From Lama guanicoe (lineage: Eukaryota), in assembly GCA_013239625.1 (NCBI GenBank), contig MU054307.1:62001-111806 (forward strand): 49,806 nucleotides of DNA. The letters run 5' to 3'. Positions within the stretch are counted from its first letter, which is position 1. Each line of letters starts with the position of its first letter. Positions 12,226 through 24,700 of the stretch are shown here, piece after piece. The notes beneath the pieces were generated by a model. That model was given only the letters and a program-made list of their open reading frames with translations. It was not told where the DNA came from and made no database searches. Made by a program: the position numbers and the translations under genes.

Positions 12226-14889
12226 ACCTTAGTTTATCACTAGACACACCTAATAACCAAGAACATGGACGATTTCATCTCATCTATTTCAATTATTCCA
12301 TTTACTGTTTGAACACCTAGAATGTGCTAGTTGAAGGGCTTGCAAGACAAGTTGGTCATATTCCAAGGACTCGCCCCCTATGAAGATCTATATTCATTCC
12401 ATCTACTTTTCTTCTTCTCAATTTGGAATATTATTACCAACTGTTAGTATTCAATGAATCCTTACTCTGTTCAGGCACTGGATTAGCCTATGAGAGCTTT
12501 TCTTCATTTTAGAGATGATACTGATTCAAAAAGGAGTGAAAAAAATGACACAAAGTTCCCATAGCTAGTAAATTTTGAAGCCAAATTCAAGTCCAGCTTT
12601 TTCAGAATCAAAATCAATACCAATGACAAGCAATATTGCTCCTCTTATGATGATGTTGAGTGTTCAGTTTGGAAGAGATACTGATCATTCAATAATTTCA
12701 ATATCATAACTGTCCAATGAGATAAACGTATTCTTCCTGTGCTTATTTCATTCAACAATTATACAGTGAAATTCAGTGTCTAATCCAATGATAATTCTAC
12801 ATTAAAGAACCTGTTTTATATAAAAACATAATCCAATCTTGAAGCTACCAGTTATACATTTTAACTAAGCTTTCAAGTTTCTAACTGTTTTCTGGGTAGG
12901 CTGTTGGAAAAAAAACATCTTAAATCTCTTTCTCTGCTCCAAGAAGACCCAGAACCAACTTGGTCAACACTATCCCTGCAGATGAGCCTAAATCATTATA
13001 AATCATTCCTTTTTCTTGTGAAGGGGCAAAGGATTCTAAATAATAATAAAAATATCAATACAAAGGATTCTCTTACTTTGCACTCATTATATATCAACAA
13101 GGTACTTGGTCTGCTATTTGTATGATTACATTTATTTTCATATCACATAAGATGAGTACTATCTCAGACCTCATCTTGGGGATGAGGAAACTGAGACTTG
13201 GAGACATTAAGCATTTCATCTAAAAAGGGTGGGAATTACATATCCAAGTAATTTCATTTTGAAATACAAGTCCTTCACTGTTACACTGTATCACTGAAGA
13301 ATAGAACAGCAGTTTCAATTGGCTAAATACAACTGTTAGTAGAGTTGAATGATGTGGTAAAGGAACTACTTTATAAGCCGACTTCTCTTTATTGGGGTAC
13401 TTAAGCAGGAGCTGTCTGTCACTTGGTGGGAATATAGTAGAAACCATTGCTTTAAATAAAGATGTAAACTACATAATCTCTAAGATCCTTCTAAACACCC
13501 AAAGACCCAATCTTAGATTCATCCCTGTTACTAAACAAAGCATACATTTTTCCAGGCACTCTTTGAAAATTTACAATATGGATTAACTTTAACCTCTCCG
13601 ATATTCAGCCAAAGAAATTAAAAAAAAATGTGAATAGCCCTAATGAAGTAGAAGGGACACATTCTTGGAAACTGGGATAATTTAAAATATAAATTTTATG
13701 TTAGTTTTAATTCCTCATATGGATGCTTATGAATAACTAATTTATTCTCTTTCCAAAAATTTGGAATGCTGTGCTGTGTACATAGCAGTCATTTAATTCA
13801 ATTTAGGTAAATTCTTGAAATTGAATTCATCTAAAGAAACCTGCATAGAACCATGTAGCCCAGGTAAACCAGTGCCAGCCTCTGTCTCCAGAATCGAGTG
13901 AGTGACATTGTCAGACCTGGGCACCAATCCTCTGACAGTCAGGCTCACATATCCAATTTCCCATCTTCCATCTTCACCATTTTCATTCCTAGACATGCTT
14001 TAGCCAAAACCAAGAGCTGGACCATCCCTTGACTCCCACTTCAGTGTTGAATCACTGCCTTCAGATCCTCTTTGTGATGTTGTCTATTTCTTTCCACTGT
14101 TCCTGTGAAATATCATTGCTCAAAAGACTGCTCATATAATGAAGGGAGGAATTACATTTTTTAAATTGTCTACTTGTCACCTAGACTGTACATATTTCTC
14201 CTTTAATAGCATGTCTATTAATGCAGAAGATTCAAGGCAGTGCTTTCTCCATAAAGAGGGAGACAGACTAGCACTCCTGAAACAAGGCCTGCTCAGAACA
14301 AGTTCCAGAGGGGAAATACCAGTGTGATCTACGGATTTCAAAAAAGAAAAATGAGCTAGTCCTTGACATGAGCATTTAGACATCTATAAATTTAGAAACT
14401 GAACAAGAAGGGTGACAGTATGAGCAAGGCAGGAACATAAAAGCGGAAAACATGGTGTACATAGTCACAATTTAAGGACTTTTGACATCCGAAAACCTGG
14501 GTTTCCATATGGCCCTTTCAGAGATGTTATTAACTACAAGTTGTATATTTTCTCTAAACCTCAACTGCTCTTTTCAGAGTTGTTGCTTTAAACACTTTAA
14601 GTTCCTAGCATTATAGTTTAAATTTTAATATTCAATTTTCAAACATTAAAATGTAATGGAAATGTGAACTTATATTAGTTTACATATTTATTGAGTGGTA
14701 TAATATCCTGGCATATTTTGTGTGTCTCATAAAACTTAGTCACTGTCACCCCTATTAATCCCAGGTATGAGGTGTCTTGAGTAGATGCACTGGCCAGACT
14801 GGAGTTCAGTTGGAAATAAGTAGTAAGAGCTATAACCTTAAAGAGACTTATGTAAATTCTTAATTTTTCACACTAGAGTTAATTCTTTT

Positions 14890-15025
14890 GTTCTAAGTGT
14901 CTATAATATGTCAGACAAACTCTCTTGGCATCAGCTTCATCCTCTGTAAAATGGGAAACTAACATCACGTACCCCACAGGGTTGTTGTAAAGACTAAATG
15001 ATTTTATAAACGCAAAGGGCTTAGA
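14890..15025 (+). mobile_element. MIR SINE
   Basis: MIR core CAGCTTCATCCTCTGTAAAATGGG...AGGGTTGTTGTAAAGACTAAATGA. Confidence 0.75.
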
Positions 15026-16043
15026 TCAGCTTCCTTACTTCTTTTCCCAGCATGAGGAGAATGCTACTGACCACAAATTATTTTAAAACAGATCACCTGA
15101 CTTTGGACCTTGTGTTTACATCTGTATCTATTAAATGCTCCATTTGCCAGCAGGATATCAGCCTAATGACTCCAAAACACTTGGTAGCATGTAGGTTTTC
15201 AAACTGCCTCTCAAAGAAAAACCTTCCAAAATTGTTTTCTAAAACACAGTTGTAACCAAAAGTAGAAGAGTTCAAATAAAAATAATTTATTTTTATAAAT
15301 TATTAAAGTAAAACATGGCCCAAGAAAAGTAGTTTATATAGGTAAATAGAGTGACAAAAATTTAAAGTCAAAAAACCTCTCCCAACCATAAGCGCTCATT
15401 CTCCTCTGACGCCTTATTAACAACTTAGTAAATGCTCCTTAGAGGTGTATTTGTATGGCGGTATACATGTAGTCATGTATGTGTTTTACTCTATGTAAAA
15501 GTTCTTAAAATATAATAATACATTTGAAATTCTAACTACATTTTTTATGGGCATTATTTGTCAATGTTTATTATTTTCCTTCATTTTAATTGCTACATCT
15601 TATTCCATATTATAGTTATAATTCCTTTAACAAGTCCAGTTTTGCTTGAAATTTATTTTATTTCTAATGTTTTGCCTTATACACAGGGCTATAATGAGCA
15701 TCACTTACAAAAATCACTACCAGCTGGGTTGAACACTTGGAGAAATCTATGTCAACACCAAGTCAAAAACTATGCATATGTTTAAATAGATTCTGTAACA
15801 CTGCTCTGAAAATACTGAAGCATCTTTTGTCCCCATAAATAGTATATTGAAGGGTAATTTTCCCCACAGCCTTACCAACAGTACATATTATCAGACTTTG
15901 ATATATTAAGAAGAGAAGATGAGGTGAAAAATAGTCTCATTTTTATTTGCATTCGTTCTATCATACATTGATGGATTTTCATTGATCACACAAACAATGA
16001 GTATTGGTCTCCAGATAAAATTGTATTAACTGCAATGCAATGT

Positions 16044-17670
16044 GGAGGCTGGGCCGCAGGCGGNNNNNNNNNNNNNNNNNNNNNNNNNNNNNNNNNNNNN
16101 NNNNNNNNNNNNNNNNNNNNNNNNNNNNNNNNNNNNNNNNNNNNNNNNNNNNNNNNNNNNNNNNNNNNNNNNNNNNNNNNNNNNNNNNNNNNNNNNNNNN
16201 NNNNNNNNNNNNNNNNNNNNNNNNNNNNNNNNNNNNNNNNNNNNNNNNNNNNNNNNNNNNNNNNNNNNNNNNNNNNNNNNNNNNNNNNNNNNNNNNNNNN
16301 NNNNNNNNNNNNNNNNNNNNNNNNNNNNNNNNNNNNNNNNNNNNNNNNNNNNNNNNNNNNNNNNNNNNNCCCGGGCCCCGGGCCCGGCCTCCTGCGGCCC
16401 GCGGCGCTCCGACCTGCGGCGGCGGCGGCGAGCCGGGGCGAGCCCGGGGCGGCCGGACGATGGACTCCGCCATCGCGGAGGAAGGCCTGGATGCCTGATC
16501 GGCCCGCTTGCCCGCCTGGGTCTTACTCGGTGCGGTGGGGCCGCCTCAGTCAACGCGTCTGTGGTAGCAGCGCCTACGCGGCCAGTTGGCAGCGGCTGGC
16601 TGTCCCAGGAGCAGGGGCGCACGTGCGTGAGTGGTGGCCGCCGTGAGGGACCCAGAGAGAAGGCGTCGGTCCGTGGCTGCCCTTGAAGTGGGGGACACCT
16701 TGAGCGCTGGCAGGACGGAGGTGACCCAGCTTCGGCTGTTGGGGAGGGCGGCCACTGCAGCACCTCGGGGCCACCCTGGCCCCCAGGCCATCGCTGGAGA
16801 GGGCTGCTTCCAGACACACGTGTGCAGCTTGACCCCCAGAGACCTAGCCCAGCGACCTTTGGTGAATGGTGGGCCAGGAGGCTGCGAGACGGCCAGACAC
16901 CCATGCCAGGGCTGGTGCTGGTGGGTGGGGAGGGAGCAGTCTGGAAGAAACCTGCCTGAGCTGTCCCAGGGCCTGTGCCTCCATGTGGAGGATGAGGGCC
17001 CAGCCCGTCTGCACTGAGGCGTTTGAGCTCTGTGTCCAGAGCCTTATCCCCAGGGCATCCTGCTATCTTCTGTCAGCTGACCGCCTTCAGGACGGGACTC
17101 TGGAACATCAGAGCCCTTGAGCCAGATGCCAAGGGGAGGCTCCAAGAGCTCAGAGATGACCACCGCTACCTGCCAGAGGCTCCCGGCCAGCTGCAGCTTT
17201 AAGAGATGCCATGGGGTCCGACTGCCCTCTCTCAGGCCACCGGTTCCTCCAGCGATGATTCTGCAGTGACCAGTGCTGCAGGGTTCACCTCACACATGTG
17301 AGGGTGTGAGAGATCTGTGTCCCCAGGGGTGAGCCAGGACGCGCGGGGACTGGGGGCCACGGCCTCGGGCTGCCAGGGACAAATGCCCCAGGAACCCTCG
17401 ATATGGCCACAGAAATGCTCGTCAGACCTGAGCGGACCCGGAAGGGTAGGAGGGTGCCCCGCCCCCTCTACCCCTTCCCCCGCCAAGCTGAGGCAAAGGC
17501 TAGGGCTGGCTCCCTGGTCGGGGGAGGAGGGAACTCAGGTTCAGGAGAGGAGAGTGGCTATTTTTATCTCTACCCAGACTGCATGTTCTCTCCAAAGAGC
17601 TGCTTTCTGATTAACAAAGAAATAACTTACGAATTAATTATCTTAATAAAATGTGCACCCCCCAAATAAA
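16044..17670 (+). pseudogene. Processed retrocopy of an unidentified GC/CpG-rich transcript
   Basis: Abrupt GC-rich block inside AT-rich DNA. AATAAA at 17645-17650 and an A-rich remnant at 17664-17670. Flanking direct repeats AACTGCAATGCAATGT (16028-16043) and AAATGCAATGTAATGT (17668-17683). No recognisable protein in any frame; 306 N lie inside it. Confidence 0.75.
16064..16369. other. Assembly gap (306 N)
   Basis: Run of N with GC-rich sequence on both sides. Confidence 0.99.
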
Positions 17671-18342
17671 TGCAATGTAATGTCTATATAGATATGTATA
17701 TAATCTATACACATATCCAAATCAAACTAACAATAAAAAGTTATTTAGTAAATCCTATGCACAGACATTTTGATAATTCTTTATACACGTTTCTCATTGA
17801 ATCCACACAATTAGCTATGATGTGACATATTTTATGGCTGAGATAAAGCGAAATAATTGATTTGCTTAAGAATATACGGTTAGCAAGTATTAAATCCTGG
17901 ATTTGAATCCAAGGAGACAACTTTACAGTTGGAATGTGTTTCTTGTGTCTGAATTTTTAATAAAGGTAAATAATTTATTCAGTAATATCCTGAATAACAG
18001 AAGGGTGAGAGCAATGTATTTAGGCAGTGTCCCTGGGTCGTCATTTTTAAGGAGCAATAGTGCCCTTTGCTCTTCAGAAGCCCTGTGCCCTGAGCACGTG
18101 CATCATCAAGTCTGTCTTTGAGGGCAGGGCTTTAGAAGGGTTGTCCTGTCAGTAAGTCTTTCTGATGCACTGCACTTTCCTTGACAGATGAGTAGACATG
18201 GAATTATCTACACTACCACTTTCTCTGGATGACAACTATGGTACCATCGTAGACAGAAAAATTAATGCTTTCCTGGAATGCTTCCAGAGGGAGGGGGCTT
18301 AATTCCTGAACAATCTAATGCATCACCCATAGCACTGACAAT

Positions 18343-18420
18343 TATATATATATACATACACACACACATATATACACACACATACACAAATATATATATA
18401 CACACACACTATATATATAG
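18343..18420 (+). repeat. Compound (TA)n/(CA)n microsatellite
   Basis: tatatatatatacatacacacacacatatatacacaca... Confidence 0.9.
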
Positions 18421-18644
18421 TACCTAACTTATTAATTTCCTTAAATAATTAAAAATCATTAACTGACCAAAACAGAAAGAAAAACACCACATAAAGTCTT
18501 TCTTAAAGATGATTAGTAGAATAAAGTTAAAGGAAGTTGGTACCAGAAAACCATGGCAATAAGTATATAATATATATGTATATGTTATTTATATAATACA
18601 TACAAAAAGAAAATTGCTCAAGAGAAAAAAAAGGAAGCAATAGC

Positions 18645-18772
18645 CTAGACAGATGAGGTAAACTTTTCTAAGCCTCAGCTTTTATATCTATGAATTGGGA
18701 ATAATGTATTCCTCTTGTAGGGTTATTCTGAGATTAAATATGAAAGATGTTTGCAAATAAGAAGTGCTCAAT
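18645..18772 (+). mobile_element. MIR SINE fragment
   Basis: AGCCTCAGCTTTTATATCTATGAATTGGGAATAAT...GGGTTATTCTGAGATTAAAT...AGTGCTCAAT. Confidence 0.7.
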
Positions 18773-18786
18773 GCAAAATAATTCTT

Positions 18787-19620
18787 ATTTTTTATTTCAT
18801 TAAAAATGAAATATAGTCAGTTTACGGTGTTGCATCAATTTCTGGTGTACAGCACAGTGTTTCAGTTATACACATACATACATACATTCCTTTTCATATT
18901 CTTTTCATTATAGGTTACTACAAGATATTGAATATACTTCCTTGTGCTCTACAGTATAAAATGTTATTTATCTATTTTATACATAGTAGTTAGTAACTGC
19001 AAATTTCAAACTCCCAATTTATTCCTTCCTACCCTCTCTCTTCCCTGGTAACCAAAGTTTGCTTTCCATATCTGTGGGTCTGTGTCTGTTTTATAAATAA
19101 GTTCAATGTATCTCTTTTTTTAGATTCCACATATAAGTGGTATCATATGGTATTTTCCTTTTTCTTTCTGGCTGGCTTCACTTACAATGATGATCTCCAA
19201 GTCCATCTATATTGTTGCAAATGGCATTATTTTATTCTTTTGTGTGTGTGAATAGCATTCCATATATGTATACACAATTTATTTATCCAGTCATCTGTCA
19301 ATGGACATTTAGGTTGTTTCTGTGTCTTGGCTATTGTAAACAGTGCTACTGTGAACATTGGGGGTGCATTTATCTCTTTTAATTAGAGTTCCCTCCAGAT
19401 TCATGTCCAGGAGTGGGATTGCTGGGTCGTTTGGTAAGTCCATGTTTAGTTTCGTGAGGAATCCCCGTACTGCCATGAGGGCTGTTTTCAGTCCAGATGG
19501 TGTCCACGTCTTTCCTCCATGTATGCTGGCTGTTATCCCCTTGACTGGGGGTGTGGTTGGCGCTGTGGTGACCAGAGCCTGCCCTGGTTGTTGAGCAGGG
19601 CCTCCTTTTTTTCTGTCCTC
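18787..19620 (-). mobile_element. L1 3' end (ORF2 C-terminus and 3'UTR) joined to a non-ORF2 segment
   Basis: Antisense translation DLPNDPAIPLLD...DKCTP is L1 ORF2 C-terminal sequence, with a T-rich tail near 18787. The segment 19475-19620 does not continue ORF2. Confidence 0.85.
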
Positions 19621-21039
19621 AGGAGAGATTCTTGATGATGAGTACAAAGGGACATCTCAAAAGGACTTCAGCTTACTCACAAATCAGCAGAATTCTATCT
19701 ACTGAGAATGTCAAACCGCCTTACATTTCCTCCTTCAGTTCTGCAGCTCCCAGGTTGGCTGCTGACAATTTGTAATTTGCACCTCACTAATCTTCTCACC
19801 CCTCACTCCTCTGAAGGTATGGCCGCTAAGACACTATCATTAGTTTAGTTTCCCTCTTCAAATCCTCCATTTGGTATTAGAATAAAAACCACAGTTACTC
19901 AATACTTTTACCTATTCTTGGCCTTGGATTATTTTCATCTCCTATCTAACATTCATAAGACAAAAGGAGCCACATATCACTTAGTCTAGATTCTGTTGAA
20001 ATGTTTAGCTTCCACCAGCAATTGCAAACATGACCATTTTAGTAAATGAGGTGCTTATATATCATATTCCAGGCCTAGACTTTGTAGGAAAACATTCTGT
20101 TTCTTATGAACTGGAGACAGCCATATACACCTTAGTAAACACAGCCCCCTTTACCATGCTGTGGCATTACTATATGTCAAATAATGAAAAAATAATCAGG
20201 AAAGCTTTGATTTCTAAAGAGTTATTTAATAATGTAGAATGACCTGGGGTTCTCCACAGCATTGCAGAGATCTCCTAATTTCCAAAAATTCATCTTAGCT
20301 ATTTCACTTTTATGAAGACCAACATTAGTACTTGCTTTCACTAACTGAAAGAAACCTGAAGGGGATTTTTTATTTAAAAGAAAAATCTGTTACCAAACTA
20401 CTGTTGGTCTTCGGTAAAAGTGAAGTGGCATAAAACAAGCATTCAAAAAGAGGAAAAACTCGTAGTGCTGAAATGTGTTGCTATATGTGAAACAAGGCTA
20501 CAAAAACTTGACACCAACTTCTTGAAGGACAGTTTGCGTTACGTTCCATATAATTTTCTTATCTATGGACCTAAATATACCACAGACAACTGAGTTTCAT
20601 TTGAAAGAAAGTAAGATTGAGTTTTTTAAGACCTGGATTGGAATGTTTGTAGCTGAAACTTTTGAAAGGAAGGTGCACTTCAGTGTAATAGCTCCTGACA
20701 CACTATATGAGGTAAGCAAGTGTGATGTAAGGCAAGTAAATTAATAAACCTCTCTTGACTTCAGTTTGCTTCTATGTAAAATGTTCATATTAATAATAGA
20801 ATGACAGGCTTTGTATGTGGATGAATCAACTGAGGGGACTATACTTGATATAAGATGTTCACTTAGTGTGAAAATATGTATCAGACCTACAGAGCAACAG
20901 CTTTGGAACATAACTGTATGCCTTTCAGTTGAAACTGGACAAAAAAAGAGTTTACCCTTCTTGTTTCGAATGGTTCCACAAGTCTTTATATGGAAAAAAA
21001 TTTTATATTCATGAAAAACTGTGAGTCATAAGGATATTT

Positions 21040-21150
21040 AAGAAAGAATATGGAAACAAATATATTTATGTATATGTATGACTGAAACATTATGACCATT
21101 ACACCTGAAATTGACACAACATTGTAAACTAACTACTTCAATAATAGAAA
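21040..21150 (+). mobile_element. Short L1 3'UTR fragment
   Basis: GTATGACTGAAACATTATG...GAAATTGACACAACATTGTAAACT is shared with the other L1 tails in the window. Confidence 0.8.
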
Positions 21151-21751
21151 GAGTAACTTCAAAATTTCTGGCTTATTTTGTGCCAAGAAAAGAATTAGGC
21201 ACAGATTTTGAATTATTCTTTCCTCCTTCGGTGCGTGTATCTCCTTTTGCTTTTGGTAAATTCGTAGTGAAGGGGAAAAAGTCAGCTGTGATTCCTTCAA
21301 GCAACTGTCCCTTCCCTGTGTATCTGTATATGAATTCCTGTCACTTACTGGCTTTGCCAAAGGTTAGAGAAAACAAGAGTTCTGAGATGACGGGCCTATG
21401 GAAAAGCCAATTTCATACAAGTAAAACGTATGAAAGATTTGGTAAAGTAACAGGGAGATTCTGGAGAAAAACATGCTTTACAATCATCGAACTAGGAGTT
21501 TAGAGTTGTTCTTTCCATTGGCTATTCTGAAGCTATGACCGTGAAGATTGAAGACTTGGTAAAGCATATCACAAATTATCAGAGTGCCTAAAAAATGCCT
21601 AGCCATTACTGAATACTCAACAAATGTTAGTTTCTAGGCCTTGTTTTCCTGTCAGTGATCTGCAAAATTTCTTAATTTTTTTTCACAATTTACAACATGT
21701 GTAATCCTCCCTTTGTATATAAATCACCAGTTTCTTGACATCATGAACAGC

Positions 21752-22671
21752 CTAAGTTACTCTCCTCCTCAACAAACTCCTCATGGCGTTTTTCACCTCT
21801 GTGTTTCTCACTGTGTAAATGGATAGGATTCAACATGGGAGTGAGGACCGAGTAGAACACACTCACCAACTTGTCTGCAGGGTAGGTATCCACAGGACGC
21901 GTGTAAATGAAAATACAAGGCACAAAAGAGAGCACCACTACTGTAAAGTGGGAGCCACATGTAGAGAGGGCTTTGCATTGTCCTTCAGTGCCTTGGGATT
22001 TCAGGGAGCTCAGGATGACTATGTAGGAGATGAGCAGCATGAAAAAAATGAGTAAGCACATGCCCCCACTGTTCACTGTCACCACCACTCCAAGTCTGTA
22101 GGTGTCGCTGCAGGAAAGTTTCAATAGTGAGAAGAAATCACACATGAAGTGGTCAATGACATTGGGACCACAGAAGGTCAAGTCATCCGCAAAAAGAATC
22201 TGCAGAGTAGCATGCACGATGCCCCCAATCCAGGTCACGACCACCAGGAGTTGGCAGAGCCCCTGTCGCATGATGGTCGTGTAGTGCAGAGGCTTGCAGA
22301 TGGCCACGTAGCGGTCATAGGCCATTGCAACAAGGATGATGCCCTCTGATGCAGCCAGGAGGTGTTCCACAAAGAGCTGAGCCAGGCAGCCACCCCAGGA
22401 GATGGTTTTCCTCTGGTACAGGGCAGTGTTTGGGGGTGGTGACAGAGGTGAGGGAGGCATCTAAGATGGACAAGTAAGTCAGAAAGTAGTACATGGGAGC
22501 TGAAAGTGTGGGACTGAGGGAGATGGTAATGACAATGAACAGATTGGCCAGCAGGGTGAATAGGAATCTGAACAAAAAGACAATGAAGAGCACTTTCTGC
22601 AGGTGTGGATTCTGCGTGAGTCCCAAGAAAACAAATTCAGTCACATTCTTGGGAAGGGTGAGGAGATCCAT
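21752..22671 (-). pseudogene. Olfactory receptor OR4C1/Olfr140-like, frameshifted
   Basis: Reads [69 protein letters not shown] and ends RRVT*. One deletion frameshift after TTPK (about 22420-22430) and one +1 insertion at about 21821. Candidate splice acceptor TTTTTCAG near 22697. Confidence 0.93.
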
Positions 22672-23704
22672 TCAGCAAGTAACAGTTTCTTGGGCCCTGA
22701 AAAACATAGATAAACATTTGAAAAGAAGCTCTATTCCAGTTTGATAGTTTCTATGACACTCACAGCATCAATATGAAAATATGAATTGCCTCTAGGAAAG
22801 AGTACATTACCATGTCGTTCTACTTTCAAAATAATTATAGTGTTTGTTAGTCAATACTTCTTTTCCTTCCAAATTCTGTTCCACATACCATTTAACATGG
22901 TCATATTCAGTCAATTTACATGCTTTGTAGACTTGGATTAAAAAAAGTAAACCCTTGCATAAGTGTTAATACACAAGGATCTGTCATACAAAGGAAATAT
23001 CATTTTTCAAAGTTTAAAGAGTAATTTTAATGTGGAGTATAAAAAGAAATGGTCTGTTAAATAAGACAGAGAGATAATATACACATATACATATAAACAC
23101 ACAACACAGACACATGTAAAATCTATTACTTACTATAAATACCTACTACAAGTTCACTCAACAAATATTTATTGGACACTTACTACATGTATCAATCTAC
23201 GTCTGTTCACACATCATGTAAATTGACCCTGTTAAATGCCCTTGATGCCTGACACTTTATTACCAAACAGTGGCAACTCGTCCCTCCATGATGTGAATGA
23301 CCTTCCCAACCCTTTGTGATTCCCCCCCAGGCATTCTCATGCCTTCTTCTCCCCTCTCCCTGCAGCATCCATCATCTGTCCTTCCTGTTACAGGACAGTG
23401 CATTGCTAATAGAATAAGGAAATTTGGGGACATAAATTTCCCAAGAAAAGAGAATACATAAACATAATAAAATATATTCTGCCAAAAATGCCTTTTCATT
23501 TCAAATAGGTTAAAGGTTTATTTTTTAATTATCCAAAATTAAAAATTTACAAAAATGTGGAAACAAAGTGTAGCAGCTTCATTATATTCCCTTATTTTGA
23601 GGTGGGATCCCCCAGCAGATCAGAAAAACAGAGTGTATGTAAAGTAAGAATTAGATGTGATTAATGAAACTGAGTTAGAAATAGCTATGAAAACATTACT
23701 CACC

Positions 23705-23750
23705 CTTTCTTCCTTCCTTTCTTTTCTTTTCTTTTCTTTTCTTTTCTTGC
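23705..23750 (+). repeat. (CTTTT)n microsatellite
   Basis: ctttcttttctttt cttttctttt cttttc. Confidence 0.85.
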
Positions 23751-24055
23751 TTCTCAGTGCACTATCTAGGAATAAACACTAAAGGAAAATATTTTTAAAA
23801 ATTAAAGTCATTATTTACAAATATATTCAACACAATTATTAAGAGCTGTGGAAAATTTAGAGACTACATGGTATGTTCAACAGTGGAGAAATGGATGATT
23901 ACAATAGAGCACATGCCACTGATTAATGTGTACTTTTTAACAGAAGTACTTAAAAAGACTGTGCCGTATCATAGGAAAATTCTTATATTGTATTATTAAG
24001 TACGGAAAATTTTGGATGCAAACTTGATTTATTCAATTAAAAAAAACCACTTATC

Positions 24056-24140
24056 ATTTTTTTAACAGAGATACTGGGGATTGAACCCAGGACCTCATGC
24101 ACGCTAAGTACGCTGTCTACCACTGAGCTATACTTTCCCA
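24056..24140 (-). mobile_element. tRNA-Ala-derived SINE (Vic-1-like)
   Basis: CTGGGGATTGAACCCAGGACCTCATGCACGCTAAG...CTACCACTGAGCTATAC (antisense B and A boxes) follows a T-run. Confidence 0.88.
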
Positions 24141-24619
24141 TGGAATTATATAGTTATTCTAACTAACTTAATTCTAACTAATTAGATAATTATTCTAACA
24201 AGTATATCTCACTAAAAAAGGCAAATACTTTTATTTCTATGTTGTTACTGTTGTAGTTGAGTCTGTTTTTCTTGATGCTTTTGTGCTGAATAGGGACTGA
24301 AATCATAAACGGGTGAGGATGTGGGGTGATTGTATAATTTGTAAGATCCATTTAATCCTAAGAGTCTATGATTATATGATTTCCTGTGGAAAAATTTTTC
24401 TCACCTATGGACTTGCTGACATATCTCCATGGCCAGGGCCCCAGGCAGCTCACCAAGAAAACAATAAATTTGTAAGATTAAAAATGCCAACTTGCTCAGC
24501 TACAATAACTGCCTTTGCTGATTTATAAGTTGTTCCTTCAGAGAAGATGTTTCTCTTTATCCTTAAAAATGTTGCCACATTTCCTGTTTCTAGGCGAATT
24601 CTGTGAAGTTTTAGCTGTG

Positions 24620-24700
24620 GCTAATTGGACCTCAGGGGTATTTCACCACCACGAGATCTTGCCAGCAACCCAATTATTTCACTTAATTGAATTCCAGAGA
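24620..24700. promoter_or_regulatory. Candidate OR promoter with homeodomain and O/E-like sites
   Basis: TAATTG at 24622, CAATTA at 24671 and TAATTG at 24684, with O/E-like CCTCAGGGG (24630) and TTCCAGAGA (24692). Lies about 2 kb upstream of the OR ATG at 22671. Confidence 0.4.

Noticed and set aside
16460..16498. Assigning the retrocopy to a named gene (MDSAIAEEGL resembles PCBP N-termini; antisense MAESI resembles NPLOC4)
   Set aside because: The similarity does not extend beyond a few residues, so no gene name is supportable.
15979..16904. Long ORFs of 150-290 aa across the GC-rich block
   Set aside because: They run through 306 N or reflect the scarcity of stop codons in GC-rich DNA, and show no recognisable domain.
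20030..20242. IYTLVN resembling the OR motif IYTLRN
   Set aside because: No PMLNP or other OR motif lies nearby in any frame, so this is a chance match.
24150..24200. Three ATTCTAAC units as a regulatory or CRISPR-like array
   Set aside because: Short, irregular, AT-rich slippage in eukaryotic DNA with no spacer structure.
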